A stretch of 50,172 nucleotides of DNA from Dehalococcoidia bacterium (GCA_041494685.1 JBGQBE010000020.1:1-50172), one strand, 5' to 3'; shown: positions 32,422 to 43,580, counted from the first letter of the stretch. A program made the numbers and translations. Notes: generated by a model from the letters alone, not told the origin.

Positions 32422-34701
32422 ATGGCAAAATCCAGGGAAAAGAGCCTGGTGGTCGTCGAATCACCAGCCAAAGCACGGACGCTCTCCAACATTCTCGGCA
32501 AGGACTACGAGGTGAGAGCCTCGATCGGCCATGTCCGCGACCTCCCGAAGTCGCAGCTCGGCGTCGACGTCGAGCACGACTTCGCGCCCCGCTACATCAT
32601 CCCGAAAGACAAGAAAGAGGTCGTCAAGGGCCTGAAGGAGGCCGCGAAGAAGGCCGGCACCATCTACCTGGCGACAGACCCCGACCGCGAGGGTGAGGCC
32701 ATCTCCTGGCACCTGCTCCAGGCGATGGACCTCGGCAGTAAGCCCTACCACCGCGTCGAGTTCCATGAGATCACGCAGGATGCCGTGAAGGCCGCCTTCC
32801 AGCACCCGCGCGAGATCGACATGAAGCTCGTGGACGCCCAGCAGGGCCGCCGCGTGCTGGACCGCCTCGTCGGCTACAAGGTCAGCCGCGTCCTCTGGAA
32901 CAAGATCCGCTGGGGGCTCAGCGCCGGCCGCGTGCAGTCCGTTGCCCTCAAGATGGTCGTCGACCGCGAACGCGCCATCGAGGCATTCACGCCCCAGGAG
33001 TACTGGACGATCGACACCCGCCTCGCGAAGCAGGCCGGCGCCGACGACGCCGCCTTCACCGCCCGGCTCGCGGGCCTGCCCGGGACGAAGAAAGCCGACA
33101 TCAACAGCGGCGAACAGGCGCAGGCCGTGGCCGGCGACCTGCGCGCCGCCGCGTACACCGTGCGCGACGTGAAGAAGAAGCAGCAGCTCCGCCGCCCGTC
33201 GCCGCCCTTCACCACCAGCACCCTGCAGCAGGAGGCATCGCGCCGCTTCGGCTTCTCCGCCAAGCGCACCATGGCCGTCGCGCAGCAGCTGTACGAAGGT
33301 CTCACCATCCCCGGCGAAGGACAGGTCGGTCTCATCACCTACATGCGTACCGACTCGCTGAACATCGCCGAGGTGGCGCGCGACGAAGCGCGCGGCTTCA
33401 TCGCCGCGAAGTACGGCGCCGACTTCGTCCCCGCGCAACCGCGGCTCTACAAGACCCGGTCCAAGGGCGCGCAGGAGGCGCACGAGGCGATCCGCCCGAC
33501 GTCGACGCGGCGCGAACCCGCCTCGATGAAGAAGTCGCTCACCAGCGATCAGTTCAAGCTCTACAGCCTGGTCTGGCAACGCCTCGTCGCCAGCCAGATG
33601 GCCGACGCCATCTTCGACCAGGTCAGCGCAGAGATTGACGCCAAGGCGCCCGCGCACGACAAGCCGTACCTGCTGCGCGCGTCCGCGAGCCACATGCGCT
33701 TCGCCGGCTTCCGCCAGGTGTACATCGAGGGCCGCGACGTGGACTCCGATGAGGACGAGGAGAAGTCGCTGCCGGCGATGGACGCCAACGACCCGCTGCG
33801 CCTGCTCGAAGTGAAGCCCGACCAGCACTTCACGGAGCCGCCCCCTCGCTATACGGAAGCCACGCTGGTGAAGGCGCTGGAGGAGAACGGCATCGGCCGG
33901 CCGTCCACGTACGCGCCCATCATGTCCACCATCCAGGACCGCGGCTACGTGAGGAAGGAAGGCCGCGCCTTGCGGCCCCAGGAACTGGGCTGCGTCGTCT
34001 CCGACATGCTCACCGACCTCTTCCCCGCCGTCATCGACGCCGGCTTCACCGCGCGGATGGAGGAGGAGCTGGACGAAGTCGCGAACGGCGAGCGCGAGTG
34101 GCCCCCCGTCATCCGCGAGTTCTACGAGCCGCTTGAGCTGGCGCTCGCTGCGGCGGAGGAAGCCCCGCGCGTCGAGGAGCAGACCGACGAGAAGTGCGAC
34201 AAGTGCGGACGCCCGATGATCGTCCGCTGGGGCCGCTTCGGCCAGTTCCTGGCCTGCTCCGGCTACCCGGAGTGCAAGAACGCCCGCCCGATCGGCACGG
34301 ACAAGGCCCCCGAGCCGGAGCCCACCGACGAGATCTGCCAGGTCTGCGCCTCCCCCATGGTCAGCAAGCGCGGCCCCTACGGTCAGTTCCTCGAATGCAC
34401 GAAGTACCCCGAGTGCAAGACCCGACGCCCCGTACTGCAGAAGATCGGTGTCGCGTGCCCGAAGGACGGCGGCGACCTCATCGAGCGGAAGACGCGCCGC
34501 GGCCGCACGCGCACGTTCTACGGCTGCGCCAACTACCCCGCGTGCGACTTCACCAGCAATACGCGGCCCCTCAAGCTGCCCTGCCCGTCATGCGCCGGCC
34601 TCCTCGTCGAGTCCGGCAGCGAAGGCGCGAAATGCACGAAGTGCGACTGGAAGGGCGCGCGCGACGCCGACGAGCCCGAATTGGCCAAAGCATCGGCGTG
34701 A
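32422..34701 (+). CDS. topA: DNA topoisomerase I
   Basis: VVESPAKA, ATDPDREGE, SAGRVQS, LITYMRTDS, GIGRPSTY and C-terminal Zn ribbons. Confidence 0.98.
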   Translation: MAKSREKSLVVVESPAKARTLSNILGKDYEVRASIGHVRDLPKSQLGVDVEHDFAPRYIIPKDKKEVVKGLKEAAKKAGTIYLATDPDREGEAISWHLLQAMDLGSKPYHRVEFHEITQDAVKAAFQHPREIDMKLVDAQQGRRVLDRLVGYKVSRVLWNKIRWGLSAGRVQSVALKMVVDRERAIEAFTPQEYWTIDTRLAKQAGADDAAFTARLAGLPGTKKADINSGEQAQAVAGDLRAAAYTVRDVKKKQQLRRPSPPFTTSTLQQEASRRFGFSAKRTMAVAQQLYEGLTIPGEGQVGLITYMRTDSLNIAEVARDEARGFIAAKYGADFVPAQPRLYKTRSKGAQEAHEAIRPTSTRREPASMKKSLTSDQFKLYSLVWQRLVASQMADAIFDQVSAEIDAKAPAHDKPYLLRASASHMRFAGFRQVYIEGRDVDSDEDEEKSLPAMDANDPLRLLEVKPDQHFTEPPPRYTEATLVKALEENGIGRPSTYAPIMSTIQDRGYVRKEGRALRPQELGCVVSDMLTDLFPAVIDAGFTARMEEELDEVANGEREWPPVIREFYEPLELALAAAEEAPRVEEQTDEKCDKCGRPMIVRWGRFGQFLACSGYPECKNARPIGTDKAPEPEPTDEICQVCASPMVSKRGPYGQFLECTKYPECKTRRPVLQKIGVACPKDGGDLIERKTRRGRTRTFYGCANYPACDFTSNTRPLKLPCPSCAGLLVESGSEGAKCTKCDWKGARDADEPELAKASA

Positions 34702-34768
34702 GTCATCGTCCCGCACCACTGACCATCGCGCGGAGGCGCCGTAGCCGCGTGCGCGCCGGGACGCGCTG

Positions 34769-36589
34769 ATGCGTCGCCTGAGCCGCCGCCGCTTCCTCGC
34801 CTCGTCCGGCGCAACGCTCGCCGCCGCCTCGGCCGCGGCCGTCTTGGGCTGCCGCGACAAGAAGTCGACGCCCGCGCCGAACGCAGGCAGCGCCCAACCC
34901 GGCCTCGCCGCCGTGACGACGCGCGGTGGCGTCCTTCGCACCTACAACTTCGACGCCATGATCCAGGACTCGCTCGACCCGCATCTCACCCAGATGGGGC
35001 CGATCGCCGACCTGCACGCGGGCGTCTTCAGCCGCCTCTACCGCTACGCCGATGACAGCGGCGGCACGATCGTCCCGGACCTCGCCGCCGCCATGCCGGA
35101 GCAGCCGGACAACCTCACCTACATCATCAAGCTCCGCGACGGCGTGACATTCCACGACACGCCGCAGATCCGCGTTGCATATCCTGCCCTGGCCGGCCGC
35201 GCGTTGACCGTTGACGACGTGAAGTACAGCATCGAGCGCCAGTCCAGCCGCAACAGCCCGCAGGCGCGTCGCTTCTACCGCCAGGGCAACTGGAGCGTCA
35301 TCGACCGCATCGACGTGAGCGACACCGGCACGCTGGCGATCAGGCTCAAGCAGCCGGTCGCGCCATTCCTCGGCTTTCTCGCCGGCCGCCATGCCTTCAT
35401 CATCGCGAAGGAGACAGTGGACGCCGGCGACCAGGCGAACAGCGTCGGCGCGATGGTCGGCACCGGCCCGTTCCTCCTTGACTCGCTCGAAGCGCAGGCG
35501 GTGATGCGCCTGCGCCGCAACCCCTCGTGGTTCGCGCGCGACGACAACCCCGGCGCGGTGGGCGCCGGCCGCCCCTTCCTGGACGGCTACGACGCCTTCT
35601 TCGCGCCGCAGGAGGACGCCTTCCAGCGCATCGCGTTCGAGCGGCGCGCCATCGACAGCACCGGCTTCAGCGATCCCGCTGTGCTCGACTCGGAGCGCAA
35701 GACGAACCTCGCCGACATCGCGCTGGAGGAGACCGACGCCGGCGGCATCCTGGCCAGCCGGCTGCTGCTGGACCGCGCGCCGTTCAAGGACGACCGCGTC
35801 CGCCGCGCCGTGCACCTGGCCATCGACCGCAACGCGATCATCGATCTGCTCTACCCCGCCGTCGACGGCGGGCGCGCCTCCGCCAGGCTCACCGGCCCCG
35901 TCGCACCGGCTATGCGGCAGTGGGCGATCGGCGACGCGGACCTGAGCAAGCATCCCGGCTACCGCGGCGACGACGCCGGCCGCGCCGACGACGTCCGGAA
36001 AGCGAAGCAGCTCTGGGAAGCTGCCCTGGGCGACGCCCCGATCGGCGACGTCCACGTGCTCTTCGCCGGCATACCGAAGACCTTCGTCGATAAGGCGATG
36101 CCGGCCCTGCAACAGCAGCTGCAGAGTGCACTCGGCCTCAACATCGTGCCGGTCGTCGACCCCAGCGGCTACGCGCTCATCGCCGCGTCGCTCGGCCGCA
36201 ACATCGAAGGCGCCGCGGAGGGCGTGACGCTCTGCACATTCGCGATGGAGGACGGCGGCAACGACCTCGACGACTGGCTCTACCCGCACTTCCGCAGCGG
36301 CCAGCCCATGAACACCTACCGCCTGCAGGACGCGCAGCTCGACGCGATGCTGGACAAGCAGCGCGCAGAATTCGACGCCGACGCGCGCCGCAAGATCGGC
36401 CTCGACATCCAGGACTACCTGATCACGAACGTGAACGCGCGGCTGGAGTACCTGGCGCCCGTCCAGCGGCGGCTCACCTGGGGCTACGTCCGCAACTCCA
36501 GCCTGCCCGCCTGGTACGGCGCCACCGAGCGCCTCGCCGATACGTGGCTCGATACCACGCACCCCTCCTGGCGCCCGCGCTCAGCCTGA
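34769..36589 (+). CDS. ABC transporter family 5 substrate-binding protein, Tat-exported lipoprotein
   Basis: SRRRFL twin-arginine signal, VLGC lipobox, LDPH, PDLA, KLRDGVTFH, VGTGPF, PFKDDRVRRA. Confidence 0.9.
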   Translation: MRRLSRRRFLASSGATLAAASAAAVLGCRDKKSTPAPNAGSAQPGLAAVTTRGGVLRTYNFDAMIQDSLDPHLTQMGPIADLHAGVFSRLYRYADDSGGTIVPDLAAAMPEQPDNLTYIIKLRDGVTFHDTPQIRVAYPALAGRALTVDDVKYSIERQSSRNSPQARRFYRQGNWSVIDRIDVSDTGTLAIRLKQPVAPFLGFLAGRHAFIIAKETVDAGDQANSVGAMVGTGPFLLDSLEAQAVMRLRRNPSWFARDDNPGAVGAGRPFLDGYDAFFAPQEDAFQRIAFERRAIDSTGFSDPAVLDSERKTNLADIALEETDAGGILASRLLLDRAPFKDDRVRRAVHLAIDRNAIIDLLYPAVDGGRASARLTGPVAPAMRQWAIGDADLSKHPGYRGDDAGRADDVRKAKQLWEAALGDAPIGDVHVLFAGIPKTFVDKAMPALQQQLQSALGLNIVPVVDPSGYALIAASLGRNIEGAAEGVTLCTFAMEDGGNDLDDWLYPHFRSGQPMNTYRLQDAQLDAMLDKQRAEFDADARRKIGLDIQDYLITNVNARLEYLAPVQRRLTWGYVRNSSLPAWYGATERLADTWLDTTHPSWRPRSA

Positions 36590-36733
36590 TCGGCCGAACA
36601 GCGACGGATCCTCGCCGTGGCTTCAGTACCCTCCGGCGACCTCCACGCACACCCGGCCTCCGATTCCCACTAGGCGAGCGCCCCTACACAGAATTGCTAC
36701 GCTGATGCCGATCATCAGGTGCAAGGAGCGCGC

Positions 36734-37468
36734 GTGACCATCATCATCATGGCAATCATCGGGTTCGCCGCGGGCTTCGCCATCGACGCCGTCGCCGCGA
36801 AGCTGGCCCGGGAACCGTACGAGCGCGGCGAGTTCGACGATGACGCCAATCAGGCGCCGCAGGACGCCGCACCGCCGCTCGATCTCGGCAGCGAGGCCGG
36901 CGCGCTGGCGATGCCGTTGCTGCTCACGAGCCGCTCCCGCTACCGCACCGTCGTCATCGTGGCCGCCACTGCCGCGCTCTTCGCGCTCGCCGGCGCGCGC
37001 TACGGCTCGGATATCGGCTACCTCGCCATCGTCGCCGTATACCTGGCCATGCTGATCATCTGCACCGCCACGGATGTGCTGGCCTACCGCGTCCCCAACG
37101 TCGTCACCTACCCCGCCATCCTCGCGGCCATCGCCGTCGGCTGCATCCTGCCGGATGCCAACTGGCGCAGCGTCATGGCCGGCGGCCTCATCTTCGGCGG
37201 CATCCTCTTCGTCCCGTCGGTGCTGACCGGCGGCGCCATGGGCATGGGCGACGTCAAATTGGCGTTCTTCGTCGGCTTCGCGCTGGGGCTCACACTCGTC
37301 GTTCCGGCGATGCTCGTGATGGCGATCTCCGGCGGCCTCGCCGCCGCGATCCTGCTCATCACGCGGCTGCGCGGCAAGGGCGACCCCATCCCCTACGCCC
37401 CCTTCATCGCGGGCGGCGCGATGCTCGTCATCCTGCTCCAGGGCACCGCCTTCTACTCGCTCCGCTGA
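36734..37468 (+). CDS. Prepilin peptidase, A24 family
   Basis: TD...RVPN, GMGMGDVKL and IPYAPFI. SD AAGGAG before GTG 36734. Lacks the PilD Cys motifs. Confidence 0.88.
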   Translation: MTIIIMAIIGFAAGFAIDAVAAKLAREPYERGEFDDDANQAPQDAAPPLDLGSEAGALAMPLLLTSRSRYRTVVIVAATAALFALAGARYGSDIGYLAIVAVYLAMLIICTATDVLAYRVPNVVTYPAILAAIAVGCILPDANWRSVMAGGLIFGGILFVPSVLTGGAMGMGDVKLAFFVGFALGLTLVVPAMLVMAISGGLAAAILLITRLRGKGDPIPYAPFIAGGAMLVILLQGTAFYSLR

Positions 37469-37546
37469 CCGCCCAACTTTCCCCCTGGCTTTGCATAACC
37501 ACAACCGCCCCACCCGCCCCGTTCGATAGAATGCCCCCACACACAT

Positions 37547-37627
37547 TGGTTCTAGTTCACGTCCCAGGTTCTAAGCCCTAGGTTCTAAGTTCCAGGTTCA
37601 AGTTCTAAGTTCTAGGTTCTAGGTTCT
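37547..37627. repeat. Heptamer tandem repeat (ARGTTCT-like, ~12 units) upstream of thyX
   Basis: TGGTTCT AGTTC ACGTCCC AGGTTCT AAGCCCT AGGTTCT AAGTTCC AGGTTC AAGTTCT AAGTTCT AGGTTCT AGGTTCT. Confidence 0.88.
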
Positions 37628-37632
37628 CCAAC

Positions 37633-38523
37633 GTGTCCATCAACGTCCGCATGCTCGACCACACCAGCGACCCCATGCGCTCGCTCTACGTCGCCTACCG
37701 CACGGCGTACTCGGCCCTGACGCCGCAGGCCATCGTCGATCGCATCGCGTCGGACCGCATCACCCGCGAGCAGATGCTCGACTTCATCGAGAAGCGTCTG
37801 GAGACCGGCCACGCGTCGCCGCTGGAGCACGTCTGGTTCGAATTCGCAATCTCCGGCGTCAGCCGCGCCTTCAGCCATCAGTTCGTCCGCCACCACATCG
37901 GCATCAGCTTCGAGCAGCAGAGCCAGCGCTACGTCGCCTTCAAGAAGGGCGAGTTCCCCTACACGGTGCCCGACACGGTGAAGCGCGCAGGCTTCGGCGA
38001 GAAGATGGAGGAGGCGTTCGACCGCCTCGGCGACCTGTACCAGGAGCTGATCGACGCCGGCGTGCCGGCCGAAGACGCGCGCTTCCTCATCCCGAACGCC
38101 GCCAACACCAACTTCAAGATCGTCGTGAACTTCCTGGAGCTCCTGCACATCTGCGACCTGCGCCTCTGCACGCGCGCCCAGTGGGAGTTCCGCCAGGTGG
38201 CGTCGCAGATGCGCGCCGAGATCAACCGATCCTTCCCGGAGCTGGCCCGCCACATCCAGCCCAAGTGCGGCGACAAGCGCTGGGGCTACTGCGACGAGTC
38301 CACCGAGGACTGGCTCGCCTGTCCCATCGGCCGCAAGCGTCCCCACAAGAAGCAACTCTTCGAGCTCTTCGACGCGCATCGCCGCGGCGAGCTGGCGCCG
38401 CTGGCCGACGACGACTTCAAGACGATCGAAGAGAGCGGCTCCAGCATCGCCACCGCCGGCAACACGAAGGCCGGCGCCCCGGGCGCCGCCGCCCCCGCCC
38501 CGCAGCCCCGCGACGAGGGGTAG
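37633..38523 (+). CDS. thyX: FAD-dependent thymidylate synthase
   Basis: GHASPLEH, GVSR, HQFVRH..SFEQQSQRY, EDARF, LRLCTRAQWE. Confidence 0.95.
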   Translation: MSINVRMLDHTSDPMRSLYVAYRTAYSALTPQAIVDRIASDRITREQMLDFIEKRLETGHASPLEHVWFEFAISGVSRAFSHQFVRHHIGISFEQQSQRYVAFKKGEFPYTVPDTVKRAGFGEKMEEAFDRLGDLYQELIDAGVPAEDARFLIPNAANTNFKIVVNFLELLHICDLRLCTRAQWEFRQVASQMRAEINRSFPELARHIQPKCGDKRWGYCDESTEDWLACPIGRKRPHKKQLFELFDAHRRGELAPLADDDFKTIEESGSSIATAGNTKAGAPGAAAPAPQPRDEG

Positions 38524-38545
38524 CCCCGCTGAGGGAGCACGCCTG

Positions 38546-39439
<894 letters not shown>

Positions 39440-39448
<9 letters not shown>

Positions 39449-39463
39449 CCCGCCCCGGCCAGC
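39440..39463 (+). repeat. 24-bp direct repeat, copy 1
   Basis: GCCCGCTAACCCGCCCCGGCCAGC, identical to 43003-43026. Confidence 0.9.
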
Positions 39464-39508
39464 TACTCCGGCCGTTAACCTTTTCCCCCATCCCGGCGTT
39501 CTCCAACC

Positions 39509-41683
39509 ATGCGCACCATCCTCCTATGCTTCTTCGCGCTCGTCGTGCTCGCTGCCGCGACTCCGCGCACGTCGCACGCCGATGACGGTGCGTGGACCCG
39601 CGTCTACAGCCGGCCCGCGCCGACGATCTACGGAATCGAGATGGTCGATGACAACGTCGGCCTCGCGCTGACGGCGGCGGGCATCCTCCGCACCGCTGAC
39701 GGCGGCCGGAGCTGGACGGAGCCGTACCCAATCGCGGCATTCACGTACGGCGACCTCGCGTTCGCCGACGCGAAGCGCGCGTGGGCCGTCGCCGGCTCCG
39801 GCGTCATCCGCCGCACCGACGACGCCGGCCTCACGTGGCGGCTGCAGCAGAGCGGCACGGACGTGCACCTCCATCGCATCGCCGTGATCAGCACGCAGGA
39901 AGCATGGATAACCGGCGCGGGAGAAGGCTTCGACGACAGCCCGCGTCCCGTCAGCCCTCCCAGCGTCCTCCTGCACACCACAGACGGCGGCGCCACCTGG
40001 CGCAACGAACCGCCAGCCGGCTACGGCCAGTTCTTCAACATCGCGTTCGTCGGTCGCACCGGCTGGCTCGTCGCCTCGCCCTGCGCCGAAGGCCAGCCCT
40101 TCGACGCCTGCGATCCGCAGCACCGCATGCTGCTCCGCACCGACGACGGCGGGCGCCACTGGCAGATCTTGTCCGAGACCCCTGGCGTGGTCCCGGAGCG
40201 CATGCAGTGGCTCGACGCGAAGCACGGCTTCGCCACCAGCTTCGTGCTCACCGAGCCCGCGAGTGGCTCCGGCATCCTCCCGTTCTACCGCACCGATGAC
40301 GGCGGCAGGCACTGGACGCGCATCGACGCCGCGCCGGACACCGTCAACGAGATCCATTTCCGCTCCGCGCGCGATGGCTGGATCAGCGCGAACTTCTGCG
40401 CCGAGTTCGAGTGCAGTAGCGCCGTCGCGCATACCACGGACGGCGGCGTCACGTGGACGCCCGCACGGAACCCGGACGGCAGCGGCGAGTTCTTCGCGGT
40501 GACGAGCCGAACCCTTCTGTTGGGCGTGAATTCGCCAGATCCGCTGGCCACCGGGATCGCGCGGCTCGATCTCGCCAGCCTGCAATGGTCCGCGACAGCG
40601 ACCGCGGCGACGCAATCGCTGCGCTCGATCAAGTTCGCGAGCCGCGACCGCGGGTACGCGCTCGCGAACAGCCGTCTGCTTGTCACGGACGATGGCGGCG
40701 CCACCTGGTCGCTACGTGACGCCCCGCCCTTCGACTCGATCGATGCCCCTGGAGGCGACGTCGTCTGGGGAGCGACCATCTGCTGCAGCGAAAGTGCGGC
40801 GGTCCATCGCAGCATCGATGGCGCGAAGACGTGGCAGGAGCGGCCGGCGCCATTCGGCCAGCCGTTGGCGATACAAGCGTTCGACGCCGAGCGCGCCATC
40901 GTCTCGTCGTCGCACGACGGCCTCTGGCGCACCGACGACGGCGGCGCCACGTGGCGGCAGATCGACCGGACCGCGTATGGCTACGGGCCGCTGACGTTCA
41001 TCGATAACCAGCACGGCTGGACGCTCGCCTGCGCGCCGTACATCTGCATCGACTCCTTCCGCGTGACCTCGGATGGCGGTGCGACGTGGGAGACGCGCCC
41101 CCTCCCGCACGACGCGACGATCCCGTCCTTCGTCACGCCCGACATCGGCTGGGCTACGCGCACGGACTGTCCTGGTACAGGGGGCGATTGCTCGACAGTG
41201 GTCATCGCCACAAGCGACGGCGGCCGTACGTGGAACGAGATAGGGCGCGCGCCCACGACCCTCTACGGCCTGACGTTCGCCGGCCCGTCGCGCGGATGGG
41301 CGACCGGCTACGGACCGGCCGGTGAGCTCCTCATCCTGGCCACCACGGACGGCGGCCGGACGTGGACGACCGAGAGCGCCGCCGATGGCATGTTCGCGAA
41401 GGACTTCGCGAAGACCGATGGCCGGATCTGGCTCCTCACTGCGGTCGGCATCCAGGGCGGCAGCGACCGCTCGACCATCTACCGCCACGACTTCGCCCCC
41501 GAGCCGGCGCCGCCGCCAGCGAAACCGCGCGTGCGACTGCCCAATACAGGCAGCCGCCCCGGATCCAGCGCGAGCAGCGCATGGCCGCTGGACGTGCTCC
41601 TCGCCTGCACCGGCCTGTTCGCCCTCGCCGCGGGCGCCGTCACGGGTCGAAAGCGCGCGAAACCGCCTGCGCGGAACCGCTAG
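39509..41683 (+). CDS. Secreted BNR/Asp-box repeat (Ycf48-like beta-propeller) protein with LPNTG sorting signal
   Basis: Signal peptide, many T-x-DGG-x-T/H-W repeats, and C-terminal LPNTG + hydrophobic helix + RKRAK. Confidence 0.85.
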   Translation: MRTILLCFFALVVLAAATPRTSHADDGAWTRVYSRPAPTIYGIEMVDDNVGLALTAAGILRTADGGRSWTEPYPIAAFTYGDLAFADAKRAWAVAGSGVIRRTDDAGLTWRLQQSGTDVHLHRIAVISTQEAWITGAGEGFDDSPRPVSPPSVLLHTTDGGATWRNEPPAGYGQFFNIAFVGRTGWLVASPCAEGQPFDACDPQHRMLLRTDDGGRHWQILSETPGVVPERMQWLDAKHGFATSFVLTEPASGSGILPFYRTDDGGRHWTRIDAAPDTVNEIHFRSARDGWISANFCAEFECSSAVAHTTDGGVTWTPARNPDGSGEFFAVTSRTLLLGVNSPDPLATGIARLDLASLQWSATATAATQSLRSIKFASRDRGYALANSRLLVTDDGGATWSLRDAPPFDSIDAPGGDVVWGATICCSESAAVHRSIDGAKTWQERPAPFGQPLAIQAFDAERAIVSSSHDGLWRTDDGGATWRQIDRTAYGYGPLTFIDNQHGWTLACAPYICIDSFRVTSDGGATWETRPLPHDATIPSFVTPDIGWATRTDCPGTGGDCSTVVIATSDGGRTWNEIGRAPTTLYGLTFAGPSRGWATGYGPAGELLILATTDGGRTWTTESAADGMFAKDFAKTDGRIWLLTAVGIQGGSDRSTIYRHDFAPEPAPPPAKPRVRLPNTGSRPGSSASSAWPLDVLLACTGLFALAAGAVTGRKRAKPPARNR

Positions 41684-41718
41684 CCGCTCGCGAGCGTCTA
41701 GGTCTCGGAGGGTCCGCC

Positions 41719-43011
41719 GTGCGCAACAAGCTGCTCCCGCCTGTCACCGCCGCGCTCGTCGTCGTAGTCGTCATCGCGACGGCGATGTGGTGGCTCGCGC
41801 GCGGTGACCACCGTGGCCCGCCCGGCCCGCCGGTCGCCGATGTCTACGCTGGCATCGCCGCCGCGCTCACTCGCCCGGGTATGGTGGCCCACGTAACCGT
41901 CGATGCCGAAGCGTCGGACGCCGGAATCACCGGCACGCGCGAAGCATGGCTCGACCTGCCGAACGACGCCGCGCACGAAGAAACAACGACGACCTACTGG
42001 TCCCCGAGCGTCAGCACGACCAGCCAGCGCGGCCTTATCTACCGCCGTGGCGCCAAGCTGGGGGTTGCCGAGGACGGGAGCCAGTTCAAAGTCCCGATAG
42101 AGGGCTGCCCCGGTGCTTCGAAACGCATACTGACTCTCTTCAACCACTGCCCCGGATCGAACGGCAGAATCGTAACGCGAACCGAAACCGGCCGGCGCCT
42201 CGACGGCGCTGATGCGCTCTCCATCGTCAGCGACGGCGACGTGTCCGGAATCGACTCCGTAGTCGAAGTGCATGACGTCCTGTTCATCGATCCGGCGACC
42301 CATCTCCCGCTCGCGTTCAAGAGCAAGGGCACCGACCGTTACGTGCTCGGCGGATATGAGCAGAAGTTCCACACCACGACGCGTTACCGCATCGGCTTCG
42401 TCTCGCGGGATACCCTTCCACCCGACTTCTTCGAGCCCGCCTCGATCGGTTACTCCGCCCCGGAGCCGGAGCGAACGCTTGACACCGCCGGCGCAACGTT
42501 CCCCATCTTCTGGTTCGGCTCCACCTATGCGGGCGATGGCGCCGCCCCTCCGCTCATGCTCACGGACGTGCGCGCCGTCGACTCCGCTCAACCTGAACTC
42601 GGCCCGACGCTCGTGCTCACGTATGGCCGCGCCGACGACGAATTCGCCGAGCTCGTGACGGTATCCCAGATGTCGGCCGCACAGGCGCGGTTCTTCGCTG
42701 CGACCGGCTCTGTTCCCGAGTGGCGCCGCGATCGCTGTGCTACGCACAACGAGGTGCTCGTTCCCGGCGCGCATGCGGTCATCCACGAGTGGCGCATCGG
42801 CAACATCGCGTACGACGGCGCGCCGTGTCCGGCTACCGCGCCTGACGGTCTCGCCCTGGAACTCGATTTCGGCGAGACGCTCGTGACGGTGCTCCCAAGC
42901 GTCTCTCGCGCGCTCAACAAGCTGCCGAACCCGTACGCGACCGAGGCCGCCCTTCAGGCGCTGGCGCTCACGCTTCATCGTCGAGGTTCAAGTCTTCCCG
43001 CCGCCCGCTAA
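41719..43011 (+). CDS. Hypothetical membrane-anchored extracytoplasmic protein
   Basis: GTG 41719 behind GGAGGG and an N-terminal TM (AALVVVVVIATAMWW). The upstream part of the 41362 ORF overlaps the previous gene. Confidence 0.65.
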   Translation: MRNKLLPPVTAALVVVVVIATAMWWLARGDHRGPPGPPVADVYAGIAAALTRPGMVAHVTVDAEASDAGITGTREAWLDLPNDAAHEETTTTYWSPSVSTTSQRGLIYRRGAKLGVAEDGSQFKVPIEGCPGASKRILTLFNHCPGSNGRIVTRTETGRRLDGADALSIVSDGDVSGIDSVVEVHDVLFIDPATHLPLAFKSKGTDRYVLGGYEQKFHTTTRYRIGFVSRDTLPPDFFEPASIGYSAPEPERTLDTAGATFPIFWFGSTYAGDGAAPPLMLTDVRAVDSAQPELGPTLVLTYGRADDEFAELVTVSQMSAAQARFFAATGSVPEWRRDRCATHNEVLVPGAHAVIHEWRIGNIAYDGAPCPATAPDGLALELDFGETLVTVLPSVSRALNKLPNPYATEAALQALALTLHRRGSSLPAAR

Positions 43012-43026
43012 CCCGCCCCGGCCAGC
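43003..43026 (+). repeat. 24-bp direct repeat, copy 2
   Basis: Identical to 39440-39463. Confidence 0.9.
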
Positions 43027-43089
43027 CCGCGGTTCCGCCTGCGCCCCGCGGATGCGAGAATGTGCGCGTAGCCCCGCAGGAGCGCGCAC

Positions 43090-43545
43090 GTGCCATCACA
43101 GCCTGATCAGCAGCCAGTCATCGTCCGCCCCGGCGACGGCGCGTCCTATCGCACGCCGTACGGCGACATGCTCGCGTGGATCGCCGGCGGCGGCGACACC
43201 AACGGCGGCTTCTCGCTGCACGAACGCACCGCCCCGCCCGGCTCCCGCTCGACGCCGCACGCGCATCATCGCATGGTCGAGGCGTTCTATGTGCTGGAGG
43301 GAGAGCTGCAATTCGCCGTCGGCGGCGAGCGCGTCGCGGCGGTCCCCGGCACGTTCGTGCTGGCGCCGAAGGGTGTGCAGCACGCCTGGCACAACGCGAC
43401 GGACAAGCCGGCGCGCGCGTTGGTCTTCTTCTCGCCGACGGCGGAGCGCGGCTACTTCGAGGAAATGCACGCGATCGTCGAGCGCCCGGGCGCGCTCGAC
43501 GTGGACGCGCTGCAGGCGCTGAACGCAACGTACGGATGGGATTAG
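43090..43545 (+). CDS. Cupin domain protein
   Basis: PHAH...EAFYVLEG...PGTFVLAPKGVQHAW.N cupin motifs; SD AGGAG. Confidence 0.88.
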   Translation: MPSQPDQQPVIVRPGDGASYRTPYGDMLAWIAGGGDTNGGFSLHERTAPPGSRSTPHAHHRMVEAFYVLEGELQFAVGGERVAAVPGTFVLAPKGVQHAWHNATDKPARALVFFSPTAERGYFEEMHAIVERPGALDVDALQALNATYGWD

Positions 43546-43580
43546 CGGCGCCAGGGGCACGGCGCGAAAGGGGTGACGCG

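Noticed and set aside
34769..36589. Orphan substrate-binding protein without permease as a novelty
   Set aside because: Dispersed family 5 binding proteins sharing a permease encoded elsewhere are common.
37531..37581. N-terminal extension of ThyX from in-frame ATG 37531 through the repeats
   Set aside because: An in-frame TAG occurs within the tract.
39590..41380. Recurring ACCGACGACGGCGGC-like DNA repeats
   Set aside because: Explained by protein-level BNR/Asp-box repeats.
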